From: a virus
Taxonomy: Duplodnaviria; Caudoviricetes
Length of the DNA stretch: 64,000 nucleotides
Strand: one strand, 5' to 3'
Virus record (IMG/VR): IMGVR_UViG_3300037631_006232
Span: 64,001 to 128,000 of that record
In this document: piece by piece, positions 1 through 10,180 of the stretch
Position numbering within the stretch: the stretch's first letter is position 1
How the letters are laid out: each line of letters starts with the position of its first letter
Position numbers and translations under genes: made by a program
The notes under the pieces: generated by a model
Seen by the model: the letters and a program-made list of their open reading frames with translations, nothing else
Told to the model about the DNA's origin: nothing
Database searches by the model: none

Positions 1-533
1 TTTACGAAACTCGTCGTTAAGATACTGCCCAGAAAAGTAGGGGAATAAATAGGATCTGAGCCCGTACCTTCCAAGGTAAGCTTATCACCTTCTTCTATAA
101 AGCCGAAGAAGTCTCTGGCTGATTTCTGTTTATCAGCTGAGATAGCGGAGGCTTTTACTTTTCTAAAACTTACGGGTAGTATAGGCAAGGAGGTGTCCGT
201 ACGCTCTCGTGTGTGTAAGATCATACCTACGGTTTCTCTCAGGAATACATCCCGCATCTCAAACGTCTCTCGCTTACTAATAGGAGCAGATGCTAGGATT
301 TCTAACATCAGGTTCTCTAGGTCTAATCTATTCTGGTGACCTTTAATAGAGGCTTCCGATAGTTCTAGCACGGGGTTGTCTAGGTGCTTATTCGCATATA
401 GTAGATCTGCAAATAACGGGTAGTTTCGGTAGGTCTCTGCAAACTCAGTTTTAGGTGAGTCGCTTTGAAACTTACGGGGCAATTCTAGTTGCGGGTTTTG
501 AGCCTCGCTGGGCTTTCTATTTCTTTTTGCCAT
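1..533 (-). CDS. Hypothetical protein, truncated by window edge (MAKRNRKPSEAQNPQLELPRKF...)
   Basis: Manually read open frame from ATG 533 to the window start; GAAGGAG RBS upstream; phage promoter copy at 624-654. Confidence 0.8.
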   Translation of the reverse strand, partial: MAKRNRKPSEAQNPQLELPRKFQSDSPKTEFAETYRNYPLFADLLYANKHLDNPVLELSEASIKGHQNRLDLENLMLEILASAPISKRETFEMRDVFLRETVGMILHTRERTDTSLPILPVSFRKVKASAISADKQKSARDFFGFIEEGDKLTLEGTGSDPIYSPTFLGSILTTSFV

Positions 534-598
534 GACAAACTCCTTCATAGGCAAGTAAAGGGGAGTGTAACCCCATATCTAGCGCTACCACACAGACC

Positions 599-627
599 TT
601 GAAATCAGGGTGTGTAGTGCATATACT
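599..627 (+). promoter_or_regulatory. sigma70-like promoter for the RNAP/virion operon
   Basis: TTGAAA-N17-TATACT; overlaps the divergent phage-type promoter. Confidence 0.5.
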
Positions 628-654
628 TATGACACATACAGAGTAAATTTTGTG
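624..654 (-). promoter_or_regulatory. Conserved phage promoter motif copy
   Basis: CACAAA-N14-TGTCATAAGTA upstream of the 1..533 gene. Confidence 0.7.
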
Positions 655-663
655 AGTTTTACT

Positions 664-3600
664 ATGGCAAAAAGTACAAGATATCTTAATGCTTCTCCTG
701 AGGAGAGGCAGAGACAGCTGCGTCAAAAAACCCTAGAAGGTGTGCAGAGTTTATTTCCTATAATAGGAACTCACCATACCATAGAAGCGGACAATTTTGA
801 GGTTCAAGAAAAAGAAGTTAACTATAGTGATCATAAAAAAGCTTTGTTTAAAGGAGGGTCTATATATGAGCCTATAAAGGCTACGGTTGTTATAAAAGAC
901 AAAGCCGGTAATGTCGTATCTAAGAGGAACAAACATACGGTTATGCACCTGCCTAGAGTGACTCATCATAATACTTTTATAGTCAACGGTAACGAGTACG
1001 CACTTAAACACCAGCTTAGAACCAAGCCTGGGGTGTATACTAGAAGAAGAGGTAGTGAAGAATTAGAATCTAGCTTTAACCTGGCTAAAGGAGCTAACTT
1101 TAGGTTAAGCCTAAATCCTACTAGAGGCGGCCTTCAGATGGAGTACGGAAGCTCTAAAATTCCTATGTACCCTATACTAAAACAAATGGGTATTAGCGAT
1201 ACTGACATGTCAAAATATTGGGGCAAAGACCTAGTGCAGCGCAATAGGGACTTGTATGGTAAAACCTCCGATAAAGCAGTAGCTAAGCTTTTTTCTAAAA
1301 TAGTGCCTAAGTCGGAACAGTCCTTATACGAGAGTGTACAGGATAAATCACAAGCTATATTGAGAGCTTACGAAAACACTATCTTAGATCCAGAGACTAC
1401 TAAAACAACCTTAAAAAAATCTTTTGATAAAGTAACCCCAGAGGCCTTGTTAGTAGCTAGCAAGAAGCTTGTATCTGTGTATAATGATGAAGATTCAGAG
1501 GACGAGCGAGATAGCTTACAGTTTCAAAAGGTTGTAGGTCCCGAGGACATATTTAAAGAACGTTTGGAGTTGAAGGCTAGGGAACTTAAGTGGAAAATTA
1601 AGAATAAGTTAGACCTTAGTCCGAATGTTAGCGTTGCTAAAGTAATGCCTAGTACTTCGACTAATGGGGAACTTAAAAAGTTTTTGAGTACGGCCCAACT
1701 AGCTAGCTTACCTTCTCAAATAAACCCTGTAGAAATGCTGGATAGCTCCCTAGCGGTAACTCGCTTAGGGGAAGGTGGTATATCTAACGAAAGAGCAGTT
1801 CCTGCTTCTGCTCGTAAATTACACTCATCTACATTAGGTATTATAGATCCTTTTAGGACACCAGAATCAGGTAATGTCGGAATAGATCAAAGATTTACTT
1901 TAGGTGCTCGGAGGGACGATGCGGGAAATCTATACGCCTCTATGGTAGATGCTAAAACAGGAAAGGCGGTAGCCATAGCTGCTAAAGATATGGCCAACAA
2001 AGTTATAGCCTTCCCAAATCAAGACACCAAAACTGGTAGTGTAGACGCCATGATACGAGGTAAAGTAGGTAAAGTAAAACCCAGAGAGGTTGACTATCTT
2101 ATAGCCAATGCTCCTAAGATGTACACTACTAATACTAATCTAGTGCCTCTGCTTGATAGTACTCAAGGTAATAGAATTATTATGGGTTCAAAAATGGTAG
2201 GGCAAGCTATGCCTTTAGTTAATAGAGAGAAACCTCTAGTAATGAGTTCTTTTGTTAGCGACGGGGATGATGAGTCTAAATCTATAGAAAGGGTTGTAGG
2301 CTTATCTACAACTCCCGGAGTTGGGGCAGAAGACGATGGGGTCGTTGAAGAGGTTTCAGACACCCATATAAAAATTAAATACAAGACTAAGGGAGACGTA
2401 TCCTACGAGATACCCAAAAATATGCCTTTAGCCTCCAAGACTTTCTTAGACGGGGTGGTTAGGGCTAAAAAAGGGGACCGTGTTAAAGTAGGAGATACTT
2501 TAATGGATACTAACTTTACTAAAGACGGTACCTTAGCTTTAGGTCGTAATTTAAAAGTAGGTTATTTAGCCTACCACGGTTTAAATTCAAACGACGCAGT
2601 AGTTATGAGCAAGCAAGCCACAGAGAAAATGGCTTCTATAAACATGACTAAATTTGTAATAGAGACTGATAGAGATACTTTGATAGATAGGAATAAGCAC
2701 TCTGCAAACTTCCCCAGACAATTTACTAAAGACCAGTACTCTAAGATGGATAAGGGAGTTATACAGGTAGGGCAGAAACTCAGGTCAGGAGATCCTATAG
2801 CGGCAGTTCTTAGAAAAAAAACACCCAGTATAGAGAACCAAATACTAGGTAAAATACATAAATCTCTTAGGCAGGAGTACTCTGACGCCGCAGAGACTTG
2901 GGATAAAGAATCCGAAGGAGAAGTAGTGGCCGTAGAAAAAGAGGGTAAAAGAACTACTGTTGTAGTTCGGAGTGTTGAGAAATTAAAAATAGGGGACAAG
3001 GTAAGTAATAGGTATGGAGGTAAAGGGGTTATTAGTAAGATAATACCTGATGAGGATATGGTGCAAGATGAGTCGGGTAAACCTATAGATATACTCTGGA
3101 GCTCTTTAGGGGTTGTTAGCCGTATCAATCCTTCGCAAGTAATTGAAACTGCCGCCGCAAAAGTTGCTGAGAAGATGGGTAGATCTATTGCTATACCTTC
3201 TTTTAAAAAACGTAATAATGTTGAGTGGGTGCGAGGCTTGATGAAAAAGCATGGGGTAAAAGATAAGGAGACTGTGTTTGACCCTATAACAGGTAAAAAG
3301 ATACCCAACATAATGGTAGGGCCTCAGTACACCTATAAGTTATTTAAAAGTTCAGACACTAACTATGCCGCTAGAGGCCTTAATGGAGGGTATGACATTA
3401 ATGAGCTGCCTAGTAAAGGAGGGGTTACAGGAGCAAAGGGCACTGGTATAATGGAAATCAATGCTCTTCTAGCGCATGATGCTAGAGATATTATTAAAGA
3501 AAATGCTATTATTAAAGGCACTCGCAATACTGAGTTTTGGAGAGCCTTCCAACTAGGCAGGCCCTTGCCTCCTCCCAAGTCTAGCTTCGCATTTGATAAG

Positions 3601-5025
3601 TTTAAAGGTATGCTTGCAGGGGCTGGTATACGGTTTAAAAAGGAAGGGAATCATATGTCGTTGGTGCCTATGACAGATTCTGAAGTTAGAGGCATGTCTA
3701 ATGGGGAAATAGAGAATGGGAGAATGGTTTTGGCTAAGAATTTAAAAAGTGAAAAAGGAGGGCTATTTGATATAGGTAAAACAGGAGGTATAGTAGGTAC
3801 TAAGTGGACGCATGTAGAACTGCCCGAGCCTATAGTTAACCCCTTATTTAAAGACGCTAGTAGGCGATTACTAGGGCTGACAGATAAACAACTAGATGAG
3901 CAGACCTTTTCTAAAGGTGGGGATTTTGTTAAAAAAGAGCTCAACTCTATAGATATAGATTCCCGATTAACCTCCCTTAAGAAAGCACTGCCTACTTCTA
4001 AAGGTGCTGATAAAGATAATGCTTATAAGCAGATAAAGGCTCTAAATGCTTTAAAAACTAACAATATTAAACCCGGTGATGCTTATACTATGAAAGCTTT
4101 CCCGGTGCTACCTCCAAAACTAAGACCCGTAGTTCCTGGTGCTAAAGGCGATCTTTTGATATCCGATGTTAATCATGTATACAAAGATCTTATACTAGCC
4201 AAGCAAAAGCTTAAAGAAGCCCAAGATCTAGGCTTACCAGATGAAGATGTTGCTAGTATGCGTAAGCATGTTTCTGAAGCTGCAGGAGCTGTTATTGGTA
4301 CTAGAGAACCTGTGTCTTCAAAGCTGGCGGCTAAGCAGGTTAAAGGTCTTGTTAATACTATTACAGGTACTAAAACAGGCTTCTTTAATGGTAAAGTTTT
4401 AGCTAGGAGACTAGACTTTACAGGTAGAGGTACAGCTGCACCGGACCCTAGCCTAGGTATGGATGAGGTGGGTCTTCCAGAATCTATGATGTGGGATATG
4501 TACGCTCCTTTCGTTATGAAAAACTTATCCAGAGGAGGGTACTCTGCCCTACAGGCTAAAAAAATGGTGGAAGATAAATCAAGTCGAGCTAGAGAAGAGC
4601 TTATGATAGAATCTAACAGACGTCCTGTTATACTTAATAGAGCACCTTCTTTACACAGATTTAATGTTATTGCTTTTAAGCCCAAACCAGTTAGCGGTAC
4701 TACTATACAAGTTAACCCTTTTATGGAGGATGGTATGAACTTAGATTATGATGGAGACGCTCTACAAGTACATGTCCCTGTTACTGACGGAGCGGTCACT
4801 GATGCTAAAAAACTGTACCTATCTAATAATGTACTAGGCGATAGAAATAGAGGCACTTTACTAGCTTACCCTAAGCAGGAAGCTATGGCAGGTATTTTTA
4901 AAGCTACTTCAGCTAGTAAATCCTCAGGCCCTATTAAAAAATTTAAAACAAGTAAAGAAGCTATGTCTGCTTACCGGCGGGGAGACGTTTCTAGTACAGA
5001 CATGGTGGAGATAGAAGATGACTAG
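664..5025 (+). CDS. rpoBC: Multisubunit RNA polymerase: beta subunit fused to N-terminal catalytic half of beta'
   Basis: beta motifs FIVNG, TPESGNVG, MGSKMVGQA, GDKVSNRYGGKG, GVVSRIN, GIMEINAL; then beta' motifs HVELPEP, PVLPPKLRP, RLDFTGRG, NRAPSLHR and catalytic NLDYDGD. ATG 664 preferred as start. Confidence 0.95.
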   Translation: MAKSTRYLNASPEERQRQLRQKTLEGVQSLFPIIGTHHTIEADNFEVQEKEVNYSDHKKALFKGGSIYEPIKATVVIKDKAGNVVSKRNKHTVMHLPRVTHHNTFIVNGNEYALKHQLRTKPGVYTRRRGSEELESSFNLAKGANFRLSLNPTRGGLQMEYGSSKIPMYPILKQMGISDTDMSKYWGKDLVQRNRDLYGKTSDKAVAKLFSKIVPKSEQSLYESVQDKSQAILRAYENTILDPETTKTTLKKSFDKVTPEALLVASKKLVSVYNDEDSEDERDSLQFQKVVGPEDIFKERLELKARELKWKIKNKLDLSPNVSVAKVMPSTSTNGELKKFLSTAQLASLPSQINPVEMLDSSLAVTRLGEGGISNERAVPASARKLHSSTLGIIDPFRTPESGNVGIDQRFTLGARRDDAGNLYASMVDAKTGKAVAIAAKDMANKVIAFPNQDTKTGSVDAMIRGKVGKVKPREVDYLIANAPKMYTTNTNLVPLLDSTQGNRIIMGSKMVGQAMPLVNREKPLVMSSFVSDGDDESKSIERVVGLSTTPGVGAEDDGVVEEVSDTHIKIKYKTKGDVSYEIPKNMPLASKTFLDGVVRAKKGDRVKVGDTLMDTNFTKDGTLALGRNLKVGYLAYHGLNSNDAVVMSKQATEKMASINMTKFVIETDRDTLIDRNKHSANFPRQFTKDQYSKMDKGVIQVGQKLRSGDPIAAVLRKKTPSIENQILGKIHKSLRQEYSDAAETWDKESEGEVVAVEKEGKRTTVVVRSVEKLKIGDKVSNRYGGKGVISKIIPDEDMVQDESGKPIDILWSSLGVVSRINPSQVIETAAAKVAEKMGRSIAIPSFKKRNNVEWVRGLMKKHGVKDKETVFDPITGKKIPNIMVGPQYTYKLFKSSDTNYAARGLNGGYDINELPSKGGVTGAKGTGIMEINALLAHDARDIIKENAIIKGTRNTEFWRAFQLGRPLPPPKSSFAFDKFKGMLAGAGIRFKKEGNHMSLVPMTDSEVRGMSNGEIENGRMVLAKNLKSEKGGLFDIGKTGGIVGTKWTHVELPEPIVNPLFKDASRRLLGLTDKQLDEQTFSKGGDFVKKELNSIDIDSRLTSLKKALPTSKGADKDNAYKQIKALNALKTNNIKPGDAYTMKAFPVLPPKLRPVVPGAKGDLLISDVNHVYKDLILAKQKLKEAQDLGLPDEDVASMRKHVSEAAGAVIGTREPVSSKLAAKQVKGLVNTITGTKTGFFNGKVLARRLDFTGRGTAAPDPSLGMDEVGLPESMMWDMYAPFVMKNLSRGGYSALQAKKMVEDKSSRAREELMIESNRRPVILNRAPSLHRFNVIAFKPKPVSGTTIQVNPFMEDGMNLDYDGDALQVHVPVTDGAVTDAKKLYLSNNVLGDRNRGTLLAYPKQEAMAGIFKATSASKSSGPIKKFKTSKEAMSAYRRGDVSSTDMVEIEDD

Positions 5026-5266
5026 AATGCAGTTAGCCTATATTGCCGGAGTCAAATTAGCTTATGCTGTTAAGTTGTCTGACGAAAGCCCTGATGTTAT
5101 CAAATCAGAAGAACAATTACGTTCTCTTTTAAAAATTATAGGCGGGGATTCTCCTAAAAGCTCTCCTAATAAAGTAGTTATTAACTCTGAAGATAAGCAA
5201 TCTAAGGCCTCTTGGGGAGATAAAATTGAGCTAGAAGCAGGTAGCTCTACCGGCATAGAGGTTTAG
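5018..5266 (+). CDS. Small putative virion/internal protein with AYIAGVKLA leader
   Basis: Overlaps RNAP stop; leader motif shared with neighbouring genes. Confidence 0.65.
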   Translation: MTRMQLAYIAGVKLAYAVKLSDESPDVIKSEEQLRSLLKIIGGDSPKSSPNKVVINSEDKQSKASWGDKIELEAGSSTGIEV

Positions 5267-5272
5267 AAGAAT

Positions 5273-6118
5273 ATGGATTCTAATGATATTACGAAGGCTT
5301 ACGAAGCAGGTAAGCAACTAGCTTACGAAGGTAGAGAGAAGAGTGCTTTCTTATCCTCAGTTTTAAAAGGCGGAAAGTTCTTATTTACTGGAGGGCACTT
5401 AGGCAAGCCAGGGTCTCTTATATCTAAATTAAGCCCACATCATATAGGGGCTCCTTTAGGAGGGGGTGCTATGGGGGCTTACTTTGCTGAAGACGGTGAA
5501 AAATCTAAAGGGTTTATTAAAGGTTTTGCCGGAGGTCTTTTATTCAATGCTGCTATGCCTCTAGGTTCTAGTATAGGTAAAAGGATACTGGCCCCCGGGT
5601 TCTCTGGAGCAGGGTCTGCTAAGATAATGAAAGGTATTGGTTTCTCCGATGAGGCTACCGCAGCTATGAAAGCTTCTCAGAATATAAATAAGGCTCTTAA
5701 TACTAGACAAGGAGTATTTAGAGGAGTTACAGAACGTGCCTTATCCTCCGGTAATTTCAAAGGCTCAGCCAAACTAACCCAATCTATAGATGATGTATTA
5801 AAAAATCAGGGTAAAATGTTACCTGATGCTGTAAAAACTAGGCTAACTAACTTACAATCCCAACTATCAGCGGGCTTATCTCCAACCAACCAGAAAAAAT
5901 TCCTTGAAGAATTGCAAGATGTAAGCAGCACCTTGTACCGAACTGGTTATGCTACAGGTACTAAAGGACAGCAGTTTGCCCTTAAAGGTACTAGATTCGC
6001 AAAAGGAGTAGGCATGATAGGTGGTGGTATGGGGTTAGGTATGGCTTTAACAGGGCCTATGGAAAGATCTTTGGACTCTACTCCCTCTTCTTACTTTAAC
6101 TCTACGGGAGGACACTAA
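5273..6118 (+). CDS. Gly-zipper putative internal virion protein
   Basis: AYEAG leader, EKSA motif, GxxxG hydrophobic segments. Confidence 0.65.
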   Translation: MDSNDITKAYEAGKQLAYEGREKSAFLSSVLKGGKFLFTGGHLGKPGSLISKLSPHHIGAPLGGGAMGAYFAEDGEKSKGFIKGFAGGLLFNAAMPLGSSIGKRILAPGFSGAGSAKIMKGIGFSDEATAAMKASQNINKALNTRQGVFRGVTERALSSGNFKGSAKLTQSIDDVLKNQGKMLPDAVKTRLTNLQSQLSAGLSPTNQKKFLEELQDVSSTLYRTGYATGTKGQQFALKGTRFAKGVGMIGGGMGLGMALTGPMERSLDSTPSSYFNSTGGH

Positions 6119-7893
6119 TGGTCCGTGGTAAATTTGCCGATGTCATTTTAAATAATTCTTTGCCCAAGGACTACAGGATAGAAGGGGAGATGGATACTAA
6201 AAAGTTAAAAGCAAGTATGTTACGTATGGCTAAAACTAGCCCAGAAACTTATAAGGTAGTTATCCCTAAGATTAAAAAATTAGGGGACGAGTTTTCTACC
6301 TTCGAAGGTATTTCTGTAGGGCTAGAAGATATAGAGCCGGAGTATAGTAAAAGAAATCCTATACTAAATAACGCCAAACGAAAATTACGTATGGTAGGTA
6401 CAGATGCTAAAAAGAAAATGGCTATATTACTTGATACCCAATCTAAATTGCGGGATATAACAACTAACCACCCTGGGGATATGGGTATGATGGCTAGATC
6501 AGGTAGTAGGGGTAATATGAATCAACTAATGAAAATGGTAGCTAGCCCAGGGATTGTAGGAGATTGGGACGGTGCCCCTATACCTTTCTTAATAGAGAGG
6601 GGGTACTCTGAAGGCTTGTCTCCAGCAGAAGCTTGGATAGCCGGAGATGAGAGTAGGGCTCAAGTTATTAAGGGTCAGTTAGGTACTGCAGAACCCGGGG
6701 AGATGCAGAAAGTTTTGGCATCAGTGATGACTGAAGAAGTGATTGCTTCTAATGATTGCGGTACCAGTAATGGAATATTACTGGAAGCGTCGGACCCTTC
6801 AGTAGAAGGTAGGTACCTAACCACGGGGTCTTTAGCTACGGCTTCTGTAGCCGCTACTCTAGCAAGGAAAGGTAATAAAGTTAGGGTACGCTCTCCTATG
6901 ACGTGCGAATTAGACTCAGGGGTTTGTCAAAAATGTATGGGAACAAGTAACTCCGGTAAGAACTACTCAATAGGGATTAATGTAGGTATACGCTCCGCAC
7001 AAACGCTAAGCGAACCTCTAACCCAAATGGCTCTTAGCGCTAAACACGGGGTGTCTTTAGTAGAAGGTGATCATAAAACTCCTAAAGGGTTAGCTGCCTT
7101 CAAGCAATTTGTGGAAGTCCCTAAAAACTTTTTTCAAAGAGCTCCAGTATCCGATATTGATGGGAGGGTGGAGTCTGTCGCTAAAGCACCTCAAGGAGGG
7201 TTTGATTTAGTCATTGAAGGCTCCCAGCATTACATACCTCCTAATAGAGATTTAAAAATAAAAGTGGGATCTAAAGTGCGTGCGGGAGATGTGTTAGCTT
7301 CAGGTATACCCGCTCCGGATGATGTTATTAAATATAAAGGTCTGGGTGCTGGTAGAGATTACTTAATGAAATCTCTTAGAAAGGTTTACTCTGAGTCAGG
7401 TAAAGAAGTTGATCCTAGACACTTGGAGTTATTAGCTAAGTCTCAATTAAACTATGTACGAATAGATGGAGGCTCCAAAGAATTCTTACCAAACGATATA
7501 GTATCCATTTCTAAAATTAGGAGTTCATTTAAAGATAAAGGGCAGGCAGTACCTTTAAACCAAAGTGTAGGCAAAGTGCTAACTAAGTCTGTAGGAGCTC
7601 ACCTACCGGGCACTAAAATAACTTCCGTAGTTAGGGATGAGTTAGGAAAAGAGGGCGTAGGTACCGTCTATGCTGTTGATTCTAATATAAAAATCACACC
7701 TATAATGGCCGCCGCTACCAGAACACCCTTACTAAACCCTAATTGGATGCAACGTCTAGGTTACAGATACCAAAAACAAACCCTTATAAACGCCGCGACT
7801 TTTGGAGAAAAGTCGGATTTGCACAGCCATAACCCCGTACCCGCTCTAGCTGTAGGTAGTGAGCTTAGAAGAGATGCGAAAGGTAGATACTAA
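6118..7893 (+). CDS. rpoC: RNA polymerase beta' C-terminal half (RpoC2-like)
   Basis: GISVGLEDI, MARSGSRG, bridge-helix region, DCGT and CELDSGVCQKC Zn site, trigger loop SEPLTQMALSAKH, DPRHLE. Confidence 0.93.
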   Translation: MVRGKFADVILNNSLPKDYRIEGEMDTKKLKASMLRMAKTSPETYKVVIPKIKKLGDEFSTFEGISVGLEDIEPEYSKRNPILNNAKRKLRMVGTDAKKKMAILLDTQSKLRDITTNHPGDMGMMARSGSRGNMNQLMKMVASPGIVGDWDGAPIPFLIERGYSEGLSPAEAWIAGDESRAQVIKGQLGTAEPGEMQKVLASVMTEEVIASNDCGTSNGILLEASDPSVEGRYLTTGSLATASVAATLARKGNKVRVRSPMTCELDSGVCQKCMGTSNSGKNYSIGINVGIRSAQTLSEPLTQMALSAKHGVSLVEGDHKTPKGLAAFKQFVEVPKNFFQRAPVSDIDGRVESVAKAPQGGFDLVIEGSQHYIPPNRDLKIKVGSKVRAGDVLASGIPAPDDVIKYKGLGAGRDYLMKSLRKVYSESGKEVDPRHLELLAKSQLNYVRIDGGSKEFLPNDIVSISKIRSSFKDKGQAVPLNQSVGKVLTKSVGAHLPGTKITSVVRDELGKEGVGTVYAVDSNIKITPIMAAATRTPLLNPNWMQRLGYRYQKQTLINAATFGEKSDLHSHNPVPALAVGSELRRDAKGRY

Positions 7894-8600
7894 TGAAGTT
7901 ACCTCCCAACCTAACTAAACTGGTAAGCAAGTTCTTAATCGGCACAGAAAAACTATCCCCTAAAGTAGAATCTAACCTGCGACGGTTAATAACCTCCTCC
8001 GGAAGAGCCTTAGAAACCTCTGCTAATTCCCGAGGATTCTTAATGGATACTCTAATAGGTCGTAAGGGCGGGCTTGATGTTATCAAAGCAAGAGTTCAGC
8101 AAGGCGGCTTACTAGGCCCAGGAGGAGCTATCTTAGGCGATGCTGCCCTAGATCCTAAATTTAAGCAGCTTGTTAGAAACATAGCTAGCTCAAAAGGGGC
8201 TAAGGAAATAGTGAATCCAGATACGGGTAAAGCTATAAGCAGAACTTCTGCTTACGGTAAAGCCTTAGGTATGGGCGCCTTGGAAAGCCTCAACCCTATT
8301 TTTAGTTTAGGTATGCCCGTACTAGATGCTAGAGCCGCTATGCTAAGGCCCGATCACGAAGAAGATGGGGGGTACTCCGGCATATTAAAAGCTCTGGGTT
8401 CCGGAGCGGGTTTCGCTATAGGAGGGCCTCTAGGCCTTATAGGTGGCTCTATAACCGGAGAATTGGGAGGTAGGCTAGGAAAGTCTATAGGAGAAATGTT
8501 TGACCCGACTAATACGGACTTAAAAAATATTAATGTTGCTCTTAAAAAAATTCCCAGTAATTATATACTAGACGAAGCTGTTCCGTCACAATATACTTAA
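7893..8600 (+). CDS. Gly-zipper hypothetical protein
   Basis: Coupled to the rpoC stop; GSGAGFAIGGPLGLIGG segment. Confidence 0.7.
   Translation: MKLPPNLTKLVSKFLIGTEKLSPKVESNLRRLITSSGRALETSANSRGFLMDTLIGRKGGLDVIKARVQQGGLLGPGGAILGDAALDPKFKQLVRNIASSKGAKEIVNPDTGKAISRTSAYGKALGMGALESLNPIFSLGMPVLDARAAMLRPDHEEDGGYSGILKALGSGAGFAIGGPLGLIGGSITGELGGRLGKSIGEMFDPTNTDLKNINVALKKIPSNYILDEAVPSQYT
8569..8597 (+). promoter_or_regulatory. sigma70-like promoter
   Basis: TAGACG-N17-TATACT upstream of 8640. Confidence 0.45.
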
Positions 8601-8639
8601 CCATGAAACAAATATGTTAAACCTAGTATTGGAGAAATC

Positions 8640-9758
8640 ATGTCTATACTAAAATTTGCTTACGTGCGTGGTGCTCAAAATGCTCTCGTATCCTCAGGAG
8701 CTATCGAGCCTTACCCTAACGAATATAGAGCGGATCTAGCTGTTAAGCTAGCAGCAATGGCTCTTGAAGATGACGCTGCTGAAGATGTTAATGATGATGA
8801 GTTAGCGCAGGCCTTAGCTTCCATGGCAGCTCAGGCCGAAGACGAGCTGAGTCCAGAAGAAGAAGCCATGCTTATGGAAAATAAAGATGAGCTAGAAGAG
8901 GCTATGGATGAAGACGAGAAGAATGCTAGAGCCGTAGTTTCCTACTTGAAACAAGCTGCTGCAGGCCACTTCCAAGGAGGCGTAGCCAACCCTAAACCTG
9001 TAAATCCCGGCGATTTTGAGCAAGATTCTAGAGCTCCTGGTGCTTACCATATGAATGGTAAGAATGGTCCCTTGGTAGGAGACTATAATGCTACCCCAAG
9101 CACTGCTTCTATGCAATCTTTACGTGAAGGCATTACTCCTCAAGTGGCGGGGAAAAAGAAAAACGACCTAGACGCTAAAACTGCAGCCGCAATTTTACGT
9201 AAGCTAGGGGGTACTGCTGCCTTAGGTGGAGATGCTGGAGAACTTCTTAGTCAAGAAGATAAACAAGACGACGGTCGAGCTGAAAACTACGCGGTTAACG
9301 CTACAGTAGGTAATTCTACAGGCAAATCCAATTCGACTCCTGGAAATGCAGAGATGCTCGCACATGATGAGGATACCCCAGCTAACAAATTAGATCATGA
9401 AAATGATTCTAAAACCAAGAGTGCTGCCTACAACTACTTGCTATATAAAACAGCTGAAGAAGTGGGACCTTTCTTACCTTCAGAGCTAACTGAGACTGAT
9501 AAACTAGCAGCTCTTAGAACTATGATAGGGATGACTCAACCTGAAAGAGCCCAATATATCCAACGAATTAAATGGGCTATGGATGATTCTGAAGAAGAGC
9601 GGGACGATGCCGACACTAAAGAAGAGAAAGAGAAAGAAGATAAACAAAAAAAGTTACCTCCAGAGCTTAGAGAGGCTATAGCTAAGAAGGAGAAGGACGA
9701 TGATGATGCTGAAAAAGAAGCTTCTTATATTTTAAGACAGCTAGGGTTGAGGTACTAA
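8640..9758 (+). CDS. Acidic KxA-rich putative internal head protein
   Basis: AYVRGAQNA leader; KLA, KNA, KQA, KTA, KSA, KEA motifs; GGAG RBS. Confidence 0.7.
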   Translation: MSILKFAYVRGAQNALVSSGAIEPYPNEYRADLAVKLAAMALEDDAAEDVNDDELAQALASMAAQAEDELSPEEEAMLMENKDELEEAMDEDEKNARAVVSYLKQAAAGHFQGGVANPKPVNPGDFEQDSRAPGAYHMNGKNGPLVGDYNATPSTASMQSLREGITPQVAGKKKNDLDAKTAAAILRKLGGTAALGGDAGELLSQEDKQDDGRAENYAVNATVGNSTGKSNSTPGNAEMLAHDEDTPANKLDHENDSKTKSAAYNYLLYKTAEEVGPFLPSELTETDKLAALRTMIGMTQPERAQYIQRIKWAMDDSEEERDDADTKEEKEKEDKQKKLPPELREAIAKKEKDDDDAEKEASYILRQLGLRY

Positions 9759-9761
9759 GAT

Positions 9762-10133
9762 ATGGACTTACGAACTGCTTACATCGCAGGTATGTCTCAA
9801 GCTTTTACTAATAGCGGTCTTCTACCTTCTATACCTTTAGAAAAGGTAGCCCAAGGAGCCGAGATAGCTGCTCAAGCTACCCCTCAAGAAGCTCAGATGG
9901 TAGGCCAGGCCATAGGCCCGCAAGATCTAGAATCTATGATGAAGATACTAGAGGTACTAAGTATTTTGTTTGAACAATACCAGGCGCAAATGGGTGGCGC
10001 ACCTCAGGGAGCTGGAGCACCTCCTCCTCCAGGCGGTATGCCCCCTCCTCCTCCTCCAGGCGGTATGCCCCCTCCTCCTCCTCCTCCAGGTGGTATGCCT
10101 CCTCCTCCTCCAGGTGGTATGCCCCCCATGTAG
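9762..10133 (+). CDS. Putative internal head protein with polyproline tail
   Basis: AYIAGMSQA leader, EKVA motif, repeated GGMPPPP C-terminus. Confidence 0.75.
   Translation: MDLRTAYIAGMSQAFTNSGLLPSIPLEKVAQGAEIAAQATPQEAQMVGQAIGPQDLESMMKILEVLSILFEQYQAQMGGAPQGAGAPPPPGGMPPPPPPGGMPPPPPPPGGMPPPPPGGMPPM
10020..10130 (+). repeat. Coding tandem repeat (cct)n-cca-ggy-ggt-atg
   Basis: Four P(n)GGM units visible in the DNA. Confidence 0.9.
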
Positions 10134-10180
10134 TGTACTATACTTAACAGAATATACTTTAATCTGTTGAGATAGTAACT

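Noticed and set aside
610-663. Track start at 610 for the RNAP and ORF 517..726
   Set aside because: The region contains promoter elements; ATG 664 is the more plausible start
664-7893. Cellular rpoB/rpoC operon (bacterial chromosome)
   Set aside because: Highly divergent sequence, no ribosomal protein neighbours, and surrounded by capsid and tail genes
664-7893. Intein or intron explaining the beta' split
   Set aside because: No intein terminal motifs or homing endonuclease; both intervening ORFs look like ordinary head-cargo genes
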